Notes: generated by a model not told the origin, from the sequence alone. Positions 10,756 to 20,765 are shown, counted from the stretch's first letter. The stretch is DNA of 64,000 nt from a virus (IMGVR_UViG_3300038309_000252:68601-132600), one strand, 5' to 3'. Made by a program: numbers and translations.

Positions 10756-10776
10756 AAATCCACATGTGGATTTTTT
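10756..10776 (+). terminator. intrinsic terminator
   Basis: Palindrome AAATCCACATGTGGATTT running into a T-tract. Confidence 0.6.
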
Positions 10777-10803
10777 GCTATATATTAAATAATTTGACCA
10801 TTA

Positions 10804-12288
10804 ATGGAACATTCACTTATGCTAAACATATTTTCATTTCGATCATATATTGATAACATCTTAACTGAAGCTACAAAAGCAGAATTAGATTTACAAAAAG
10901 AAAATAATTATAAGTTTATTAATCAAATTATGTCTGAAATTGAGTTTGATGGTAAGTATACAATTGAAGGTTCAACTACTTTAATTTTAAGAATTCAAAC
11001 AAAAGAACCTAATGTTAGATTTTTAGTTAAACAACAATTTGAAAAATGGTTAGCATCACATAGTTATCAACTTGATCCTAATAATGATCTTAAAAATACA
11101 TCATTAATTATTAAACCTGATGGTTCTACTCTAAAACTTGTTTTTAAAGACGAAACTGGTGGTGTATCTGGTGGTAGTAAATTAGCTGGTGATTCTGAAT
11201 CAGCACAATGTTTGTATGCTGCTGTTTTATTAGGTGGATTTGCTTTAGATAAACCAGAAGATTTTTTAGATCATTATAAATCTATATTATCAAATTGTGA
11301 TATTCCATCTAAAGCATTGGATACAGTTCTAAAAACTATTGTTCCAAATCCAGACTGGGCACAATCTTGTATTAAAGTTGCGCATGGTATTAATAATTTT
11401 CTAGTTACCAAAAGAAAAGCATCAGATAAATTAGCAAAATATACTTTTCATAGAGGTTCAACTGTAGTTAAAAAAATTAATGCATTTTTTGAAAAAGCAA
11501 AAACTGAGTATAATTTATTAGCTAAGAATGATGATGATGCTCCAATATGCCCAAATGATGTCAATAAATGGAATCCAGCAGATATTTGGTTGTTAACACC
11601 ACAAGCAATTTCTAAAATTAACGCATTTAATCCAGCATCATTAGCTGATCTTAATGATTTTATTTTACAATTATATAATGACAATGAAGGTTTTGGCATT
11701 TCATTAAAAAAACTTAGTAAAAATAGTACAGTTAGTTTACAAGTTAATAATCATCCTTCTGATCCTGATTCATATAATGTTGACGCTGCTTTTAAAGAAT
11801 TTATGTGTACTTCAGATTCAAATAATGGTTATATTGTAGCTGATCTTCATGGTGAGCAAATATTAATTCAGTTTAGAGTATTTGAAGGATTTAGCTGGAG
11901 GTGTGAAATTAAAGGTAAAGCTGCTTCACATGGAAAAGCAGGATTTGGTGTAATTAATCAATTATTAAAAAGAGTATCAAAAATTACATTATCACCAGAA
12001 AATGAAGTCAAAACAATATTGAAAACTGGAAAAGGAAAAGAAATTATTGAATCAAGATATAATCAACTTGTTAACAGTACTTTTATAAGAAGTAAAGATA
12101 AAGGATTAAAATTAAGCTCTTTAGATAATTATGATATTAGATGGCAGTTTTCAAAGTATATGGTATTAGAATTATTTACAATTTTAATGTCACTAACACC
12201 TCAACAAAGAAATCGATTTACTCATGATATAGTTGCTTATGCTAAATCACAAACAGAGTTTTCTTCAGTATATATAAAGTTTGAGTAA
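10804..12288 (+). CDS. conserved T4-like phage protein, putative PD-(D/E)XK-like nuclease, probably head-packaged
   Basis: ESAQC, NKWNPADIW and GISLKK motifs; N-terminus FSFRSYI..ILTE. Confidence 0.5.
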   Translation: MEHSLMLNIFSFRSYIDNILTEATKAELDLQKENNYKFINQIMSEIEFDGKYTIEGSTTLILRIQTKEPNVRFLVKQQFEKWLASHSYQLDPNNDLKNTSLIIKPDGSTLKLVFKDETGGVSGGSKLAGDSESAQCLYAAVLLGGFALDKPEDFLDHYKSILSNCDIPSKALDTVLKTIVPNPDWAQSCIKVAHGINNFLVTKRKASDKLAKYTFHRGSTVVKKINAFFEKAKTEYNLLAKNDDDAPICPNDVNKWNPADIWLLTPQAISKINAFNPASLADLNDFILQLYNDNEGFGISLKKLSKNSTVSLQVNNHPSDPDSYNVDAAFKEFMCTSDSNNGYIVADLHGEQILIQFRVFEGFSWRCEIKGKAASHGKAGFGVINQLLKRVSKITLSPENEVKTILKTGKGKEIIESRYNQLVNSTFIRSKDKGLKLSSLDNYDIRWQFSKYMVLELFTILMSLTPQQRNRFTHDIVAYAKSQTEFSSVYIKFE

Positions 12289-12290
12289 AC

Positions 12291-13550
12291 ATGTTATCAT
12301 TTCGTCAATATATTTCAAAAATTATTACAGAACAATTTCTTGTTGAAGAACAGAATGTTCACATGACTCATGTTGAAGATTTAGTTCTAATAGACGGTTC
12401 AAAAGGCGCTACTCAAGCAATTGCTTTTTTAAATGATTTGCTAAGCATGTTATCTGGTAATAGTAAATCTAGTGTAACTGCAACTGTAAAATGGGATGGT
12501 GCTCCTGCTATTTTTGCTGGTATTGATCCATCTGATAATAAGTTCTTTGTTGCAAAAAAGGGATTATTTAATAAAACTCCTTTAGTATATAAGACACCAC
12601 AAGATATTGCTGCTGATTCTAAAATGTCACCTGATTTAGCTAATAAGATGAATATAGCTCTAGATGAATTCAAAAAATTAGGAATCAAATCTGGAGTAAT
12701 TCAAGGCGATATTATGTTTACAAATGATACTTTGAAAAAAGAAGATATTAAAGGTGAAACATACATTACATTTCATCCAAATACTATTGTATATGCTATT
12801 CCGTATGATAGCGATTTAGGACAACAAATCAGAAAAGCAAAGATTGGTGTTGTTTGGCATACTAAATATACTGGTTCTTCTTTTGAATCAATGCAAGCGG
12901 AATTTGGTCGACCAATTTCAGAAACCTTAAAGAAAGTACCTTCTGTATGGATGGATGATGCCACATATAAAGATTATTCTGGTGTCGCAACATTTACTGC
13001 TAATGAGTCAAAACAGGTTAAAGCATTATTATCTAAAGCAAATCAATTATTAGCAAAACTTAAAATATTAGATAATATTAGTTCTGATACAGAACTTACA
13101 ACATTAATACAAACTTTCAATAATTCAATTATTAGGGCAGGTGAAAAAGTTGCTGATCCTATAAATCATGTAGCAATGCTTATTCAATGGATTAAGAATA
13201 GGTATGAAGGTATTATTGCTAGTAAAAAACAAGAAGCAACAAAGAAAAAGTTTCAAGATGAATGTGACAAAATAGTAAAGAAACTAGAAGATAATAAACA
13301 GCAAATAATTCTAATGTATCAATTTATAAATAATTTAGTCGATATCAAACAATTGATTATTGCTAAGATGAATCAAGCTAGTCATATTAATACTTTTATA
13401 AAAGATGCCTCAGGGTTTCATGTAACTGGAGTAGAAGGATTTGTTGCTATTGATCATTTAACAGGTAATGCTGTAAAGATTGTTGATAGAATGGAGTTTT
13501 CGAAAAATAATTTTAGCTCAGAAATTATAAAAGGATGGCAAAAAAGTTGA
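12291..13550 (+). CDS. conserved T4-like phage protein with ligase/covalent nucleotidyltransferase-like motifs
   Basis: HMTHVED, TVKWDGAPA (KxDG), QGD, EGFV, VKIVDR. Confidence 0.65.
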   Translation: MLSFRQYISKIITEQFLVEEQNVHMTHVEDLVLIDGSKGATQAIAFLNDLLSMLSGNSKSSVTATVKWDGAPAIFAGIDPSDNKFFVAKKGLFNKTPLVYKTPQDIAADSKMSPDLANKMNIALDEFKKLGIKSGVIQGDIMFTNDTLKKEDIKGETYITFHPNTIVYAIPYDSDLGQQIRKAKIGVVWHTKYTGSSFESMQAEFGRPISETLKKVPSVWMDDATYKDYSGVATFTANESKQVKALLSKANQLLAKLKILDNISSDTELTTLIQTFNNSIIRAGEKVADPINHVAMLIQWIKNRYEGIIASKKQEATKKKFQDECDKIVKKLEDNKQQIILMYQFINNLVDIKQLIIAKMNQASHINTFIKDASGFHVTGVEGFVAIDHLTGNAVKIVDRMEFSKNNFSSEIIKGWQKS

Positions 13551-15721
13551 AAATTGATCAGCAATTGTTGGAATCCGTAAGTAATCAAATTATTATTGGA
13601 TTTGGAAGATTTAATCCACCAACAATTGGGCATCAATTGCTAATAGAATTCATAAAAAGGTATGCCAATCAACAGCATATACCTTATAAGATTTATGTTA
13701 CTGCAACACAGGATAAAAAGAAAAATCCTTTACCACAAAATAGGAAATTATATTATCTTAATATGATGTTTCCTAATACTAATTTTGTAGGCACATCACC
13801 AACTGAAAGGACAATTATTGAAGTTCTTAAAGAATTAAATAAAACTTATTCAAATATTATTCTAGTTGCTGGTTCAGATAGAGTTGCTGAATTTCAAAAA
13901 CTAATTTCCAGTAGAAATGGAAAGGATTATGAATATACTACAATTAATGTAATGTCTGCTGGTGAACGTGATCCAGATAGTGATTCAGCATCAGGAATGT
14001 CTGCAACTAAAATGCGAGAAGCAGCAAAAAATGGTGATTTCGAATCATTCAAAAGTGGTATACCATCATCAATGAAACAAATAGATGCTAAAAAATTGAT
14101 GAATGAGGTTAGAGAAGGATTAGGTGTTGGTCCAGTAAAAGAAAGTATAAATGGGATAACAGATATTAGAGAAAAATATTATCGTGGTAAATTATTTCAT
14201 AATGGTCAATTAATAGAAACTAAAAATGAAGATGTATTTCAAATAATTAAATGTGGTACAAACCATATTATTGTAAAAGATATATTTGGAAATAGGTCTT
14301 CTAGATGGTTATATGAAGTACAACCATTGTCTGAAGCAACATCATTTTCAATTTTAAATGATAAAAATAAATTTGCTGCTATGGTAGCAAACTTATTAGA
14401 AGTTGATGTTGATAAAAATGATAGTCCAGATGATATTATCAATAAAAGCATTAATTCGCTTAAAAATAAAAAATTAACTGATGATTTGGAAAGTATAGCA
14501 AAGCAAATAATTTCTCATTCCAAAAAGATTGGAATTCAAATAGATCGTAAAAATATACCACTAAATCTACAAACAAGTGTAACAGAAGAAATAGATTTAG
14601 ATAGGTTATTTGATCTAATACCTATTATTGATCAATATAAAAATAGAGAAAATAATAGTTATCTAAATAATGAAGTATGTAATTTACCAATCAGTTTAAA
14701 ATCTAAAGCATTGATTCCTATTAATGGACAATTAAGGAGAACTAACTTGAGTTATAATTTAGAAAGTATCAATAGTGCTGAAGAATACCATATGATGAAA
14801 CAATCTCGTGGTATGCAAAAATTAATTGAACATTATATGGATAATGGTCATGAATATTGGAATGCTGTAATTCTAGCTAAAGAATCAGCAGCTGAAGCAT
14901 TGAATGAAGCATGTAAAAGCAAAAAAAGTAAAGTTACTGAACAAGATGATGAAGACATGGAAGATGATGAAGACATGTATTTAGAGTTAGATGATGGTGA
15001 CTTTGAAGACGAGGAAGATGATGAAGACATGGAAGATGATGAAGACATGGAAGATGATGAAGACATGGAAGATGATGAAGACATGGAAGATGATGAAGAC
15101 ATGGAAGATGATGAAGATCTTACTGAGCACTATAATGGTAATGAAAAAACATTAATTGAAACCTATATGGATCAGATTGCAATGTTTAGTGAATTAGATG
15201 AAGTATTGAGCGCTGCTGATCGTATGAAGCGCGCAAAGATTTTTGCCAGATCTGCAGGTAAAAGAATGGCATCAAGACTGCGTAATGCTGGTAAGCTAGC
15301 TTCAAAAGAAAAGTTAATGCAACGAGCACAATCAACCGCCATTCGTAAGCTAAAAACAAAGTTATTGAAAAAAGATCCTTCTGAGGCATCACCTGGTGAA
15401 TTAGCTAAAGTTGAAAAGAAACTTCAATCCCCACAAGCAAAAATGAGTATTAAAAAGTTTGCTCTTAAGCTATATCCAATTCTAAAGAAAAAGGATGCAG
15501 AACGAGTAGCAAAAGCTAAAGAGAAGAAAGAGGAGTATTCTGCTATCAATGAATATTCCTGGAAACCTGGTGATGAAGTAGCTCCACCAAGTAAAGCTGA
15601 AAGAGAAAGAGCAGAAAAAAGGTTTAAAGCAGTATCTGGTATTTCAAGTAGGAAAGCTGGACGTAAAGAGTTCGGTGATAGAATGGATCAAACACGTTTA
15701 GATAAATTACGTGATGAATGA
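13535..15721 (+). CDS. HxGH cytidylyltransferase-like domain with long C-terminal extension
   Basis: FGRFNPPTIGH, KKNPL, GSDRV, SAGERDPD, MSATKMRE. Confidence 0.8.
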   Translation: MAKKLKIDQQLLESVSNQIIIGFGRFNPPTIGHQLLIEFIKRYANQQHIPYKIYVTATQDKKKNPLPQNRKLYYLNMMFPNTNFVGTSPTERTIIEVLKELNKTYSNIILVAGSDRVAEFQKLISSRNGKDYEYTTINVMSAGERDPDSDSASGMSATKMREAAKNGDFESFKSGIPSSMKQIDAKKLMNEVREGLGVGPVKESINGITDIREKYYRGKLFHNGQLIETKNEDVFQIIKCGTNHIIVKDIFGNRSSRWLYEVQPLSEATSFSILNDKNKFAAMVANLLEVDVDKNDSPDDIINKSINSLKNKKLTDDLESIAKQIISHSKKIGIQIDRKNIPLNLQTSVTEEIDLDRLFDLIPIIDQYKNRENNSYLNNEVCNLPISLKSKALIPINGQLRRTNLSYNLESINSAEEYHMMKQSRGMQKLIEHYMDNGHEYWNAVILAKESAAEALNEACKSKKSKVTEQDDEDMEDDEDMYLELDDGDFEDEEDDEDMEDDEDMEDDEDMEDDEDMEDDEDMEDDEDLTEHYNGNEKTLIETYMDQIAMFSELDEVLSAADRMKRAKIFARSAGKRMASRLRNAGKLASKEKLMQRAQSTAIRKLKTKLLKKDPSEASPGELAKVEKKLQSPQAKMSIKKFALKLYPILKKKDAERVAKAKEKKEEYSAINEYSWKPGDEVAPPSKAERERAEKRFKAVSGISSRKAGRKEFGDRMDQTRLDKLRDE
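14946..15117 (+). repeat. 18-bp tandem repeat encoding (DDEDME)n
   Basis: GATGATGAAGACATGGAA repeated, interrupted once. Confidence 0.9.
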
Positions 15722-15801
15722 CAATATATTTTTAATCAATTTACAATTTTTGCAACAGAATCTTCAATAAGGTCTTCAATAAAAGGAAATACGAGGATAA
15801 A

Positions 15802-17316
15802 ATGTCTATAAAAGATATATTAAATCGAAATAAAAATGCAGGTAATAAAGGTAATAAACCTACACCTGTAAAAGATTTCATTCATCAACAAGCAAATAAT
15901 CCAATTAAAGATGCTAGTCCTGTTATAAAGGATTTTATTAAAAATAGACAACACAATGAAGTAAAACATACTCCATTAAAAGATGCAATTTCTTCTGTTA
16001 AAGATAATGAAGTAAAACATACTCCATTAAAAGATGCAATTTCTTCTGTTAAAGATAATGAAGTAAAACATACTCCATGGGGTACTCCATTAAAAGATGC
16101 AATGACTTCTATTAAAGATAATGAACATACTCCATTAAAAGATATTGCTGATAACATTTCCAAAAATGTACATATGCCACATCTTCCAAGAAATAATGAT
16201 CTTACAATTAAAGATACAGCACATAATATAGCTGATACTGTTAAAACTAATATTTCAGATACATTTAATAGCATTAAATCTAGATTTAATGCTAAAGATC
16301 ATGCTCATTTAGATGCTATTAAAGATAATATAACAGAAGTTGTTAATAATGTTAAACATATTCCAAATATTGATGCAGCATCATTTATTGATAAAGTTAA
16401 AACTGGAATTGATAATAAGATTGATGATATTAAATTAGGTTTCCCTGTTTCTGACCATCATATTTTAGATAATATTAAAACACAAGTAACTTCTACAGTT
16501 AATAATATTAAAAACAATGGTTTAGGAAATATTAGAAATAATATTTCAAATACTATTGAGACTGTAAAAGATGACATTCATGATTTTTTCGATGATAAAA
16601 ATATTAATTTAGATACCATAAAAGATACTGCTGATAATATTAAATCAAATATTGGTGAACATCTTTCAGATTTTATGCAAGGTGATCATCCTGTAATAGA
16701 TAATATTGAATCTGAAGTAATGAATATTATTAATAATATTAAAAATAGTATTGGTGGAATCTCTGGTTCAGGAATAGTAATTAATACACTATTATCATCA
16801 TTAAATGGTGTTAAACAATTAATTATGCATTCACCAACTGAAATTACATCTGCTATTACCATGGTGAGCAATCTTATTCATAAATTAAATAACTTTAATG
16901 TGCTTGGTGGTGGTAAGGCATCTTTAATTATTGATTTTATTGATATGTTTTTAAATAATATTACAAAATTACTATCATTAGGAGGTTCTGCTGTTAATAT
17001 AATTGATGATATTATTTCTGTTCTTGAAGAGATTCTTCCTAATAAATCAGAACCACCATCTGTCCCAGCTGTCCCAGAACAACCTAGTATGTCTGATGTA
17101 GTAATACATCAACAAGATGAAGTAAATACAAGCGATATGGCAAGTATTGATGATGACCAATTAGTATCACATGAATCTACAGTATCTATTTCTGATAATA
17201 CTAATAAAGATGATTTATGCTCTAATATTGATCAATTATCTGATCATGGATTTGTCATCGAACATGTAGATACTTTTAATGTATATATACATGATAAAGA
17301 TCATAGTGATAATTAA
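15802..17316 (+). CDS. 504-aa low-complexity repeat protein
   Basis: Long ORF with SD GAGGA; N/D/I/K-rich. Confidence 0.75.
   Translation: MSIKDILNRNKNAGNKGNKPTPVKDFIHQQANNPIKDASPVIKDFIKNRQHNEVKHTPLKDAISSVKDNEVKHTPLKDAISSVKDNEVKHTPWGTPLKDAMTSIKDNEHTPLKDIADNISKNVHMPHLPRNNDLTIKDTAHNIADTVKTNISDTFNSIKSRFNAKDHAHLDAIKDNITEVVNNVKHIPNIDAASFIDKVKTGIDNKIDDIKLGFPVSDHHILDNIKTQVTSTVNNIKNNGLGNIRNNISNTIETVKDDIHDFFDDKNINLDTIKDTADNIKSNIGEHLSDFMQGDHPVIDNIESEVMNIINNIKNSIGGISGSGIVINTLLSSLNGVKQLIMHSPTEITSAITMVSNLIHKLNNFNVLGGGKASLIIDFIDMFLNNITKLLSLGGSAVNIIDDIISVLEEILPNKSEPPSVPAVPEQPSMSDVVIHQQDEVNTSDMASIDDDQLVSHESTVSISDNTNKDDLCSNIDQLSDHGFVIEHVDTFNVYIHDKDHSDN
15955..16145 (+). repeat. 51-bp tandem repeat (KDNEVKHTPLKDAISSV)
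   Basis: Two exact and further degenerate copies. Confidence 0.85.
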
Positions 17317-17354
17317 TAAATCATAGGTATATTAACTATATATTTTTAACCATC

Positions 17355-17633
17355 ATGGTTATTAAACGATTCAGAAATAAAATCCATAAAGACCACAGAA
17401 TTAATTCTGTGGTCTTTAATTATTTCAATATTAGTTTATTAATAGCTAGTAGTTTTATTGGTGGTGGTTTAGGTTTTATTCTTTATGATAGCACATATTC
17501 AGTTACACATCAAACATTAATTATATCAGGACTATTACTTGGATTTATATTTGGATTAATTATAATTTGTTTTATAATTATATCAGAGTTTATTGAGAAA
17601 TTACAAGTTTTTAAATTTTTACATAAAAAGTAA
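17355..17633 (+). CDS. small membrane protein (2 TM helices)
   Basis: Two hydrophobic stretches, basic termini. Confidence 0.6.
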   Translation: MVIKRFRNKIHKDHRINSVVFNYFNISLLIASSFIGGGLGFILYDSTYSVTHQTLIISGLLLGFIFGLIIICFIIISEFIEKLQVFKFLHKK

Positions 17634-17652
17634 GAAAGCATTGAATAATACA

Positions 17653-17916
17653 ATGAATCTATATGTTGATGCATTGAATGATGATACGTATCATGCATTT
17701 TCAAACATAAATGAAAAAATAGCTCATTGGAATGAAATTAAAAAGAAACGTGAGGAAATAGCAAAAGCAATTGAAAGAGAAAATCCTGGTATAAACATGT
17801 CAAAAAAGATGGCTATTTCAACTTCAGCTGCTAAAAAATTCATTAATAAGAAACTTAGAAAAAAGAAAAAAGAATTAACACAATCATACATCAATTATCT
17901 TGACATGATTAGCTAA
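17653..17916 (+). CDS. basic hypothetical protein
   Basis: First in-frame ATG at 17653; KREEIAKAIERENPG..AISTSAAKK. Confidence 0.55.
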   Translation: MNLYVDALNDDTYHAFSNINEKIAHWNEIKKKREEIAKAIERENPGINMSKKMAISTSAAKKFINKKLRKKKKELTQSYINYLDMIS

Positions 17917-17930
17917 TTAAGGAGATATCT

Positions 17931-18185
17931 ATGCCTCTTTGGAGTAAAGAAGAAACTGTAGCTGGTCAACCTAAATGGTTATCTAAAATGCATTTGCCTA
18001 CAGGAACAACTATTGTATTGATTGATAATGATGAAGCTGGATTATCAGAAAATACTAGTATTGGCATTTCAACACCTGGTTGGTGGTTAAAAAAGACTTG
18101 GGTAAATGCCAGTGGTGAAAGTCAATATAGTAATGAATTACTAGTATCTATGGATGATGTTCCACCACCACCAGAATTACCTTAA
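17931..18185 (+). CDS. conserved hypothetical protein (probably structural)
   Basis: SD AAGGAG; MPLW...TPGWW...ELLVSM pattern of T4-like late proteins. Confidence 0.65.
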   Translation: MPLWSKEETVAGQPKWLSKMHLPTGTTIVLIDNDEAGLSENTSIGISTPGWWLKKTWVNASGESQYSNELLVSMDDVPPPPELP

Positions 18186-18199
18186 TAACTTTTTTCGTT

Positions 18200-18580
18200 A
18201 TGTTTGAAGTTCCAATTACAGAAAAGACATTTTTAATTATAGCTATGCATCACTATGATAAAACACAGTGTGAATCTATAGATGAATTTAATGATGATTT
18301 AAAGCGTTTTAGTTATTTAAAAAAGTTATTTGGTCGTTATTTAGACAATAATGAGTTAAAAGAAAGGTTAATTTTGAATCATATTATTGTTCTTTACAAT
18401 ATGTTTGGTCTAATAACAACTGATTTGCTATTTTACAAGATGGATAAGAAATATTGGAACATACTTGCAACATTTCTTATTTTTCTTGATAAAATGCCGG
18501 AATATATTCCAGATTTTCAAATTAATATAAACAACATGAAATTAGATTATAATATTTTATCTATTTTGAGGTCATTGTAA
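18200..18580 (+). CDS. conserved T4-like hypothetical protein
   Basis: EFNDDLKRF, LKERLILNHIIVLYNMFG. Confidence 0.8.
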   Translation: MFEVPITEKTFLIIAMHHYDKTQCESIDEFNDDLKRFSYLKKLFGRYLDNNELKERLILNHIIVLYNMFGLITTDLLFYKMDKKYWNILATFLIFLDKMPEYIPDFQININNMKLDYNILSILRSL

Positions 18581-18583
18581 TAA

Positions 18584-19321
18584 ATGTCTGCTTTTACAGA
18601 TAATTTAATTGCATTTAGATTATTATATTTGCTAATGAAACCATTCAATAAAACTGAAGCATATAAACTTGGTATTATTGATGATACAGGCAAACTTCTT
18701 AAAAAAATGAAAGATTTATCATCTCAAGATGAAAGGAATGCTTATAATTACTTAACAAGATTTGTTTTTAATGTCAAAAGAATCCTTAATAGATTGCCTG
18801 GTGGTGAATCTAAGATAAAAAATCTTGTCGCTTCTGTTTCTTTAATTAAAGAAAATTATCAGAATCCAATCATGGATGAATGGATGATTTTTGAAAGTTT
18901 AATAAAGAACCTTAATATGATTGATAAAGGCATTCTATTTGTTGAAGAAATCATTATGCTTGAACATATGTTTCAAGACTCTTTTCTAACAGAAGATACT
19001 CCTGCTAATTCAACTGGAGCTATGGTTTCAACAGATATCCCAGTAGTTAGAAAAAGACCAAGAGTAATTAGACGTTTTATTGTTAATGATACAGTATATA
19101 ATAAATTCAAAAAAGGAAAAGAAAAATTCAAAAAATGGTCTGAATACCTTAATTTAGATGATGAAGGTGAAAAAATGATTTATGATTTTGCAAGAAAAAA
19201 TCATAGAGGAATTATTATATTACATAATGGCGATCAAGTTAAAGCTATAAGATATAATAGACGTGGTGGTGGAAAATGGGCAAAGATTTCAAGGAATTCA
19301 AGGAAAAAAAATAATGGCTAA
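18584..19321 (+). CDS. conserved T4-like hypothetical protein
   Basis: PFNKTEAYKLGIIDDTG, RFVFNVKR. Confidence 0.8.
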   Translation: MSAFTDNLIAFRLLYLLMKPFNKTEAYKLGIIDDTGKLLKKMKDLSSQDERNAYNYLTRFVFNVKRILNRLPGGESKIKNLVASVSLIKENYQNPIMDEWMIFESLIKNLNMIDKGILFVEEIIMLEHMFQDSFLTEDTPANSTGAMVSTDIPVVRKRPRVIRRFIVNDTVYNKFKKGKEKFKKWSEYLNLDDEGEKMIYDFARKNHRGIIILHNGDQVKAIRYNRRGGGKWAKISRNSRKKNNG

Positions 19322-19937
19322 TATAATTGCTATAATAATTGGTGTATTTAAAAATCCATTATTAAGATCATTTTTACTTGGATTTTTGTTTGTTTCTAGT
19401 TTATTTATTTGTTTTTATGCTGGAAGACATAAAGGTTATAACCAATGCTTTTCCCAAATTAAAATTGATCATAAAAACTGGCAAGAACGTATTTCAACTT
19501 TACAAAAAGAGTACTCTGATAAATTATCAGAAATTACTCAAGAGTATCAAGATAAAGAATTATTATTGCAAACTGCTTTAGATACTGTTGATGAAACAAA
19601 AGAAGAACAAGAAAAAAATAAACCTTCACCAGTAATTACAAAATATGTAAGAATATATCTTCCTGTACAAGTAGATAGACCTGTGCCAAAAGGTATTATT
19701 AAATTACATAATTTGTCTGCAAAAGGATTACCTTTATCAAAAGATAATCAGACTGATGCTGCAGAAGAATCTAAAGTTCCATTATCAACAGTAGCTTCTA
19801 CTGTGGCAAAAAACTATTATCAGTATAACATTCAGCGTGAAAGAATGATAGCATTACAACGAATGGTAAAAGATTTTCAACAAAAACAGCATGATCTTGA
19901 AGTAAAAAGGAAAATTGAAGAAGGTAAATCAAAATGA
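19314..19937 (+). CDS. i-spanin (Rz-like)
   Basis: N-terminal TM segment and coiled coil; followed by an overlapping lipoprotein ORF. Confidence 0.7.
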   Translation: MANIIAIIIGVFKNPLLRSFLLGFLFVSSLFICFYAGRHKGYNQCFSQIKIDHKNWQERISTLQKEYSDKLSEITQEYQDKELLLQTALDTVDETKEEQEKNKPSPVITKYVRIYLPVQVDRPVPKGIIKLHNLSAKGLPLSKDNQTDAAEESKVPLSTVASTVAKNYYQYNIQRERMIALQRMVKDFQQKQHDLEVKRKIEEGKSK

Positions 19938-20104
19938 TAAAAGTAACCTTATTTTTCTTAGTGTTATTTCTATTTGGAATTGCTGGATGTGCTAATCAAC
20001 CAACAATTGTTCATAGAGAGCAATTACAATTAGATATTCCACCATTTCTTCTTAAAGCACCACCACAACTTATTTTGTTACCAGAAGAAAATCATCAAAA
20101 GTGA
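19934..20104 (+). CDS. o-spanin lipoprotein (Rz1-like; not in ORF track)
   Basis: MIKVTLFFLVLFLFGIAG|C lipobox, Pro-rich mature part, ATGA overlap with i-spanin. Confidence 0.75.
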   Translation: MIKVTLFFLVLFLFGIAGCANQPTIVHREQLQLDIPPFLLKAPPQLILLPEENHQK

Positions 20105-20105
20105 A

Positions 20106-20330
20106 TTATTTTTTTGATTTAAGTTTATCTTTAGGGTGTATTTTACCTCTGGAAAGTAATTCAGTATATATACTTTCAAAATAAATCCAATCAGAAAGAT
20201 TTGGTGGACCAACTTTAATCATTGTTGTTACAAACCCAAATTGTAATAAGATAAAAATAAGCAAGTTTACAAACCATTTATTGAATCTAACATATTTGTT
20301 ATTAGCTAAATAAGATTTAAGTTTTTTCAT
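20106..20330 (-). CDS. small membrane protein
   Basis: One hydrophobic segment, basic ends. Confidence 0.4.
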   Translation of the reverse strand: MKKLKSYLANNKYVRFNKWFVNLLIFILLQFGFVTTMIKVGPPNLSDWIYFESIYTELLSRGKIHPKDKLKSKK

Positions 20331-20351
20331 AGAAGTTTAAGGATTATAATC

Positions 20352-20765
20352 ATGTTAATACCTTTTTCCATGGATGACCTCCACATATATTTATTAATGC
20401 TTATTTGTATTTTTATTTATGGTGTCATAATGTATGATGTTGTTTTTAGTAAACATCCAATGTATATTAGTGGTGATTATTCTATGTTATATCCTAGTGT
20501 ATGGTTACAAAAAATAAAAACTTATTTTAATATTAACAATGAATATACTGAAAAGAAATCGATAAAAATTAGACTTAAAACGTATATTAATTATATTAAA
20601 AGATATTTAACAGTAATTAAAGTTAATTTACAATGGAAATTGAGGTTAAAATTGAGGTTAAGTTGGGTACATTATTATATTAATTTATGTTTATGTTGGT
20701 TGATATACTATTATTACAAACTTAAGTTTTTGATCAAGTTTATGATCAAAAAAAAGGCGCAATAA
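20352..20765 (+). CDS. membrane protein (holin candidate, unproven)
   Basis: SD AAGGA, hydrophobic segments, near spanins. Confidence 0.45.
   Translation: MLIPFSMDDLHIYLLMLICIFIYGVIMYDVVFSKHPMYISGDYSMLYPSVWLQKIKTYFNINNEYTEKKSIKIRLKTYINYIKRYLTVIKVNLQWKLRLKLRLSWVHYYINLCLCWLIYYYYKLKFLIKFMIKKKAQ

Noticed and set aside
14848-15102. Poly-Ser ORF on the minus strand
   Set aside because: Antisense shadow of the DDEDME repeat.
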